Source: Pavona decussata
Lineage: Eukaryota
NCBI GenBank assembly: GCA_977016875.1
Contig: CDRNST010000091.1
Location: forward strand, 1,922,001-1,986,000
Direction: 5' to 3'
Length of the DNA: 64,000 nucleotides
Shown in pieces: positions 59,178 to 64,000 of this stretch (positions within the stretch are counted from its first letter, which is position 1; each line of letters begins with the position of its first letter). Both the position numbers and the translations under genes were made by a program. Below the pieces are notes generated by a model. It ran no database searches. It had not been told where the DNA came from and saw nothing but the letters and a program-made list of their open reading frames with translations.

Positions 59178-60170
59178 ATGCAGTTTTTAGATTTTCTGTC
59201 TCTGTTAGCTTGGTTGCCAATGAATAGCAACGAGACTCACTTTCCGCGTCTTTGTTTCTTCGACGGATTTGCAAGGAATCAACGTTCTCTTTCCCCGGTA
59301 ATCACAAGCTCGGCTTCTGCTGTCATCGTTCTTTTGTCGCCCATTGCAGTGGCGGGAAATGGATTGGTCTTGGCGGCAATTTGGAAGAATCCAACACTCA
59401 GAACACCTCCTTATATTCTTTTGTGTTGTTTGGCTTTTACTGATCTGTGCACAGGCCTCATCACTCAACCTTTTTATGTTGCCACCGAACTGATGTGTCT
59501 GCAGGAACCCCAGAATATTCAAGACCGGTTATCGCTACACCGTTTCGTCAAGGTTGTTTCAGAAGGATGTGGCACGTACTTCAACAGCTTGACTGTATTT
59601 CTTATTACACTGATGTCAGTTGAAAGGTGGCTGTACATGGCTGGCCGGTCTTTGGTCACCAAGCGCGTGGCATACTTCATTGTGGCAATAGTACTAATCT
59701 GTCCTATTCCAATTGCTGTATTACGCACATTCCAAGTGTTATATGGAGTTTATGAACTGGCACTGAACACTGTTTCTTTCACTGTTTTGTTTCTTTGTTT
59801 CCTTACCACGGCAATAGCTTATTTTAAAGTTTTCCGTATCATAAAACAGCATCAGCAACAGGTTCAAGCCAATGTGACATCACAGAATTTAGCTCAACCA
59901 GCGATAAACTTAGCGAAGTACAAAAAGTCCGTATTTTCAATCCTGCTCATTGTGGCATTGTTCTACATAAGCTACTTACCGTTTCTTGTCTTTGTTGGTC
60001 TTCATCTTTCCCGTCTAAATCACTCTGAAGTTGCGTTGGCGTTTTCATTTTCGGTGATTTTTATGGTTCTGTCATCCTCCCTGAACCCTATCCTTTACGT
60101 TTGGAGAATGAGTGACATCCGCAATGGGGTAAAACAATTGTTAAAACTGATACTCTGTCGGCAAAATTAG
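59178..60170 (+). CDS. Intronless class A GPCR, near-identical paralog of 1624-2574
   Basis: About 11 amino-acid differences over 316 shared residues by my count. The upstream ATG 59178 is in frame, and a second ATG lies at 59220. Confidence 0.93.
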   Translation: MQFLDFLSLLAWLPMNSNETHFPRLCFFDGFARNQRSLSPVITSSASAVIVLLSPIAVAGNGLVLAAIWKNPTLRTPPYILLCCLAFTDLCTGLITQPFYVATELMCLQEPQNIQDRLSLHRFVKVVSEGCGTYFNSLTVFLITLMSVERWLYMAGRSLVTKRVAYFIVAIVLICPIPIAVLRTFQVLYGVYELALNTVSFTVLFLCFLTTAIAYFKVFRIIKQHQQQVQANVTSQNLAQPAINLAKYKKSVFSILLIVALFYISYLPFLVFVGLHLSRLNHSEVALAFSFSVIFMVLSSSLNPILYVWRMSDIRNGVKQLLKLILCRQN

Positions 60171-61520
60171 AGGACACTCTGCTGTAGAAAGAGTTCAGTC
60201 TTAAGGTTATGCAGTTAATGGAGTGGATGATAATCGCTGTGTTGAGATGTGGTAACGTACACACACAAAAAAAAACGTAACAACATAAGCAGAAACTTGC
60301 AAACATGAGGCAACACCACCAACTTCCTCATTATCGTAGTCGTCATCATCAGCGGCGCTGCAAGCTGCAAGCTTTCTATAAGATTAGCGCCTGCTTTTTC
60401 TAAGAAATGCTCGTTTTCTCCTATTGGCTCCTATAATTTCATTTTTATATTGTCAGTCATCGACATAAAAGAAATTTCTCGGAACTCAGTTCAAACCCTG
60501 ATAAAGAAATTTGATAGTGAGCGCGCTCTCCCAGAACCCACGTTGAATTGTTTACGTTATTACTCCTCAATGAATTAATCCACTTCCACAAGATACTTAG
60601 CAATAACCACTACATAACAACCCAACAGACGTATAAAAATATATGTTCAAAATATATGTTTTTCATATATTTAAGGACAAATCAATGCTAGGATAAAAAT
60701 TTATTCTTTTTTCGTGCAAATAAGAGGAATCCGCGTTTCCTGGTATGCGTTTTCTTTAAAATGTGTCGCTTGTGTTAAGTGTCTGACCATCCGTATTGAA
60801 CAGTGAAAACGTCCCTCTAGTTAATGGAAAAGATTTTACTGCGTTTGTCAAGTTTTTTGTTCATTAAAATTTTGTAGAGTATTCAGTTGCGGCGTGTCAA
60901 TAATATACTTTAAAAACCCAAAGCCAACGCGCATTCACAGTGATGATAACTATCTTAAAGATAATTCTAAATCTATCTGAAAGCCAATGCAAATATTTAA
61001 GTGTTGGAGTATTGTGTGTTTTGGAATAATTTACATATTTTTCTTCGATATCGTCGAAATCTTCTCTTTTACAGAACAACACAACGACAGCAACATAAAA
61101 ATAACAAGGAACGTTATTTTATATTGTACTGAAAATGTGACATGTTCATCAGGAGCAGGGGTAAAATTACGGGTTAGAAATTGATACACAACAGTTCATC
61201 CAGGCAGGAAAACAAACAAAGAAGTTCTAAAACCAACCTTTATTTCCGCTCCATGAAGGCTCGTCTTCTCATAAAATTAAACTGAACTAATTGAGGTTAC
61301 AATTTGGCCACGAAAATTACATGTTCCAGAATTGCAAATTATTCCCCTGATCAACACTTGCTGCTATTCAACTAAACATTAATTTTCTTAATACCATCGG
61401 ACAATTCCAAAACCAGCAACTCCCCTAATTTTACTGGTGATCGGACTCCAGTTGGGAGGACTCGGATTCTCTTTTTCCGTGTGCACTCTTTTTTATATAT
61501 ATGAGAACGTCTAATTTTTG

Positions 61521-61797
61521 NNNNNNNNNNNNNNNNNNNNNNNNNNNNNNNNNNNNNNNNNNNNNNNNNNNNNNNNNNNNNNNNNNNNNNNNNNNNNNNN
61601 NNNNNNNNNNNNNNNNNNNNNNNNNNNNNNNNNNNNNNNNNNNNNNNNNNNNNNNNNNNNNNNNNNNNNNNNNNNNNNNNNNNNNNNNNNNNNNNNNNNN
61701 NNNNNNNNNNNNNNNNNNNNNNNNNNNNNNNNNNNNNNNNNNNNNNNNNNNNNNNNNNNNNNNNNNNNNNNNNNNNNNNNNNNNNNNNNNNNNNNNN
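61521..61797. other. Assembly gap (277 N)
   Basis: Run of N. Confidence 1.
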
Positions 61798-63199
61798 GCC
61801 TGAAAAGTTCTTAAGTGTCGATAAGTTACCTGTTATAGTATTTTAATAAATATATGCGGACATGACCAAGACACCTAGCAAAGAGCAATATGTGCCGTAA
61901 TGTGGTGTCCGACCCAAAATGACATCTTCAAATATGTACTAGGCATGCAAAAAGGAATCCGTTGTTAATATTAAAATATGTCCCTTTCTAATTTGGGTTA
62001 ATTGCACTGTATAGACTAAAGTTTTACATGTGTTATTTTTATCCGTATTTATATTGTTCATTTAATAAAGATTGGTCAAAATAGAATGTCCTTAACTGAC
62101 TCTCATCCTGGGTAATGTTCTTCGTATGTTTTTAAATTTTAGTTAATTTCGGCCTCAACGTTCTTATAAAAGGGGTTCTTATAAAAAAAAAAAAGAATGT
62201 ATACCTGTTTCACTGACTTAATAATACATTACACTTTTATGAACAGTGTAGTTTCAAATTGGAAACCAGCGAACTCCTGTGCCGTCTATTTGTGTGGAGC
62301 TTTGGATGCCGTATGGCATTAAACCTTTTGGTTTTAAGATTCGCAAAAAAAAAAACTCGAGCCCCCACAAATTCATCCCCAGAAAATGGGTCTTCCACCA
62401 AAATATTCTTTACTATGGAAACTGCGATAAATTACCGCATCAATTTTCAAAGTAGAATTAATAGTTATTAAATACTGTTAAAGAGAAGACATCATTTTGC
62501 ATATGAAACTAAAGGAGATGTAAATTTCATCTAACGCAAATAAATTGGATTTTGTTTCTTTTACAACTGCTGTATGTACAGTCCACATCGTGAAGAGTTT
62601 GTCTATAGTAACAAGCGCTGGGATGGCAAAATTTTCTTATGTTATGGTATATACCTTGTAGAATTACAGAAAAGGAAAAGGCGAGAGAGAATGCTAATCT
62701 ATACTCGCCAGGCAAACAAATGTTGGTTCGAGAAAGCCGTAGCTTGTGATGCACAGAAAACAGAGAAACATGTTTCTACTTAAGATAGCTTTTATTTGAG
62801 ATCGTGGGCCTGGTGGAGTTCATAATTAATGAAAAGAAGGTGACGTGAAGAGGTAGCTGCAAAGAGCTGTTTGTCCTCAGTCCATTAATACAAACGAAAT
62901 GTGGGTGGGGGGGGGGGGGGGGGAAGAGGAGCGCTGAAGAAAAATGTTATTCGTAATCTGTGTTCAAATAGGAGAAACTCTGCACGATTTTTCATTATTA
63001 AAAACTGGATAATTCAACAATTCTATTCTAGTGTGTTGATTGGCTTAGCAGCCAAGGGATATCAGTTATTATACCATGCCCGAGAAATAGAGGCCAATAA
63101 GCAAGGCTGATTTCATGGTCAGGGAAGAATATTTTTTCAATATTTCGGGCCTTTATCCTTCAGGATATGTTTTGAGACTGACCCTGTGTGACTAAATTA

Positions 63200-64000
63200 A
63201 GTCGCCGAATGCCACGCTTCAGGAGAAGCTGCTGAACGTCCAGTTGGCTTGGAGTTGTTACTGGTTATTGATTGTTTTCAACACTTTTTGTGTATTTATT
63301 TCACCGAAGGCAGAAGTCAAAATAAAGACCTTTTGACTTCTCAGCAGGTGTTAATATATCAAGTTCTATTCTTTCACTACTTACTTAAAAGAAGGTTTTT
63401 GTATGAGTCTTCCTTTTAATAACTTGGATTGACTTTTATTTACAATGAGTGTTTGAAGATTTAGGGAGGGTGTACCGGATTAAGGAAATAAGGTTTTCAT
63501 TTCCATAGCTTTAATCTTTGACCATTCCACCTGCGTATTTTTGAAATTCAATTTCGTTTGAATAAAATAATTATAGAGTAATCTTAATTTCCTGATATCT
63601 AAACAAAACGTTTATTTATCAATCTTAGTGATCAATCTGTGAGAAAATTGACTTCTGCTGCTGCTTTACAGGCACAAACGGAAATTCTCCTCGTGGAGTG
63701 CTATTTTATCTTTGTCTTTACTCAAGTAAAGTTCGATTATTTTAGTTTAGTGTTTACTGCATTGCATTCAGAGCCAGTAGCCTCATAGCGTATTTGTTCA
63801 AGAATTTCTTAAGGATCATTCTCTAAGCTTAAGTTCAGTTTTGAATAGATCGAGAAAGTGTTAAATATTTATAAGTTTTCTCAAATAATTTTTACAGGAT
63901 ATATGTTTTGTTGAATATAGCTAGAAGTTTGATCCCACGTTACATCACAGCATCTTTCTTCATAAATCATAAAGCTAGAAAATACTTATTATCTTACATT
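63200..64000 (+). repeat. Duplicate of ~54040-54833
   Basis: Colinear from gcttcaggagaagctg.tgaacgt to aatacttattatcttaca. Confidence 0.92.

Larger units (their letters stand above)
58139..63184 (+). repeat. Segmental duplication, copy 2 (paralog 1-5436)
   Basis: Colinear with 1-5436 apart from indels and the N gap. Confidence 0.95.

Noticed and set aside
61501-61814. ORFs of X residues
   Set aside because: Artefacts of the N gap.

Overview
Eukaryotic, AT-rich animal DNA. The repeat and gene families suggest a cnidarian, most likely a stony coral; this is inference, not seen directly. Main content: (1) A birth-and-death cluster of 13 intronless class A GPCR loci on both strands: 7 intact, 2 with one apparent frameshift, 4 truncated or decayed. 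All share an ERW(L)(H/Y)M motif and an SS(L/I)NPxxYxWR motif where preserved. (2) A spliced DUF229-family (alkaline phosphatase superfamily) gene with six exons that I could phase exactly (11205-16868; first exon not found). (3) A full-length, very young Ngaro-type tyrosine-recombinase retrotransposon (26383-32188) with identical split direct repeats (A1...B1-A2-spacer-B2). Its Gag carries a SAP-like motif, its RT has ILDD instead of YxDD and one frameshift, and its recombinase is intact. The B repeat contains four small 17-bp hairpin units inside a nested, long-range base-paired fold. (4) Segmental duplications: 1-5436 matches 58139-63184, and about 54040-54833 matches about 63200-64000, implying a ~9.2 kb unit carrying a divergent GPCR pair. 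(5) Many non-autonomous elements (Crypton relic, Kolobok-like, Tc1/mariner-like MITEs, tRNA-derived and V-like SINEs, a truncated LINE), microsatellites and one assembly gap. All alignments were done by eye, and no database search was run.
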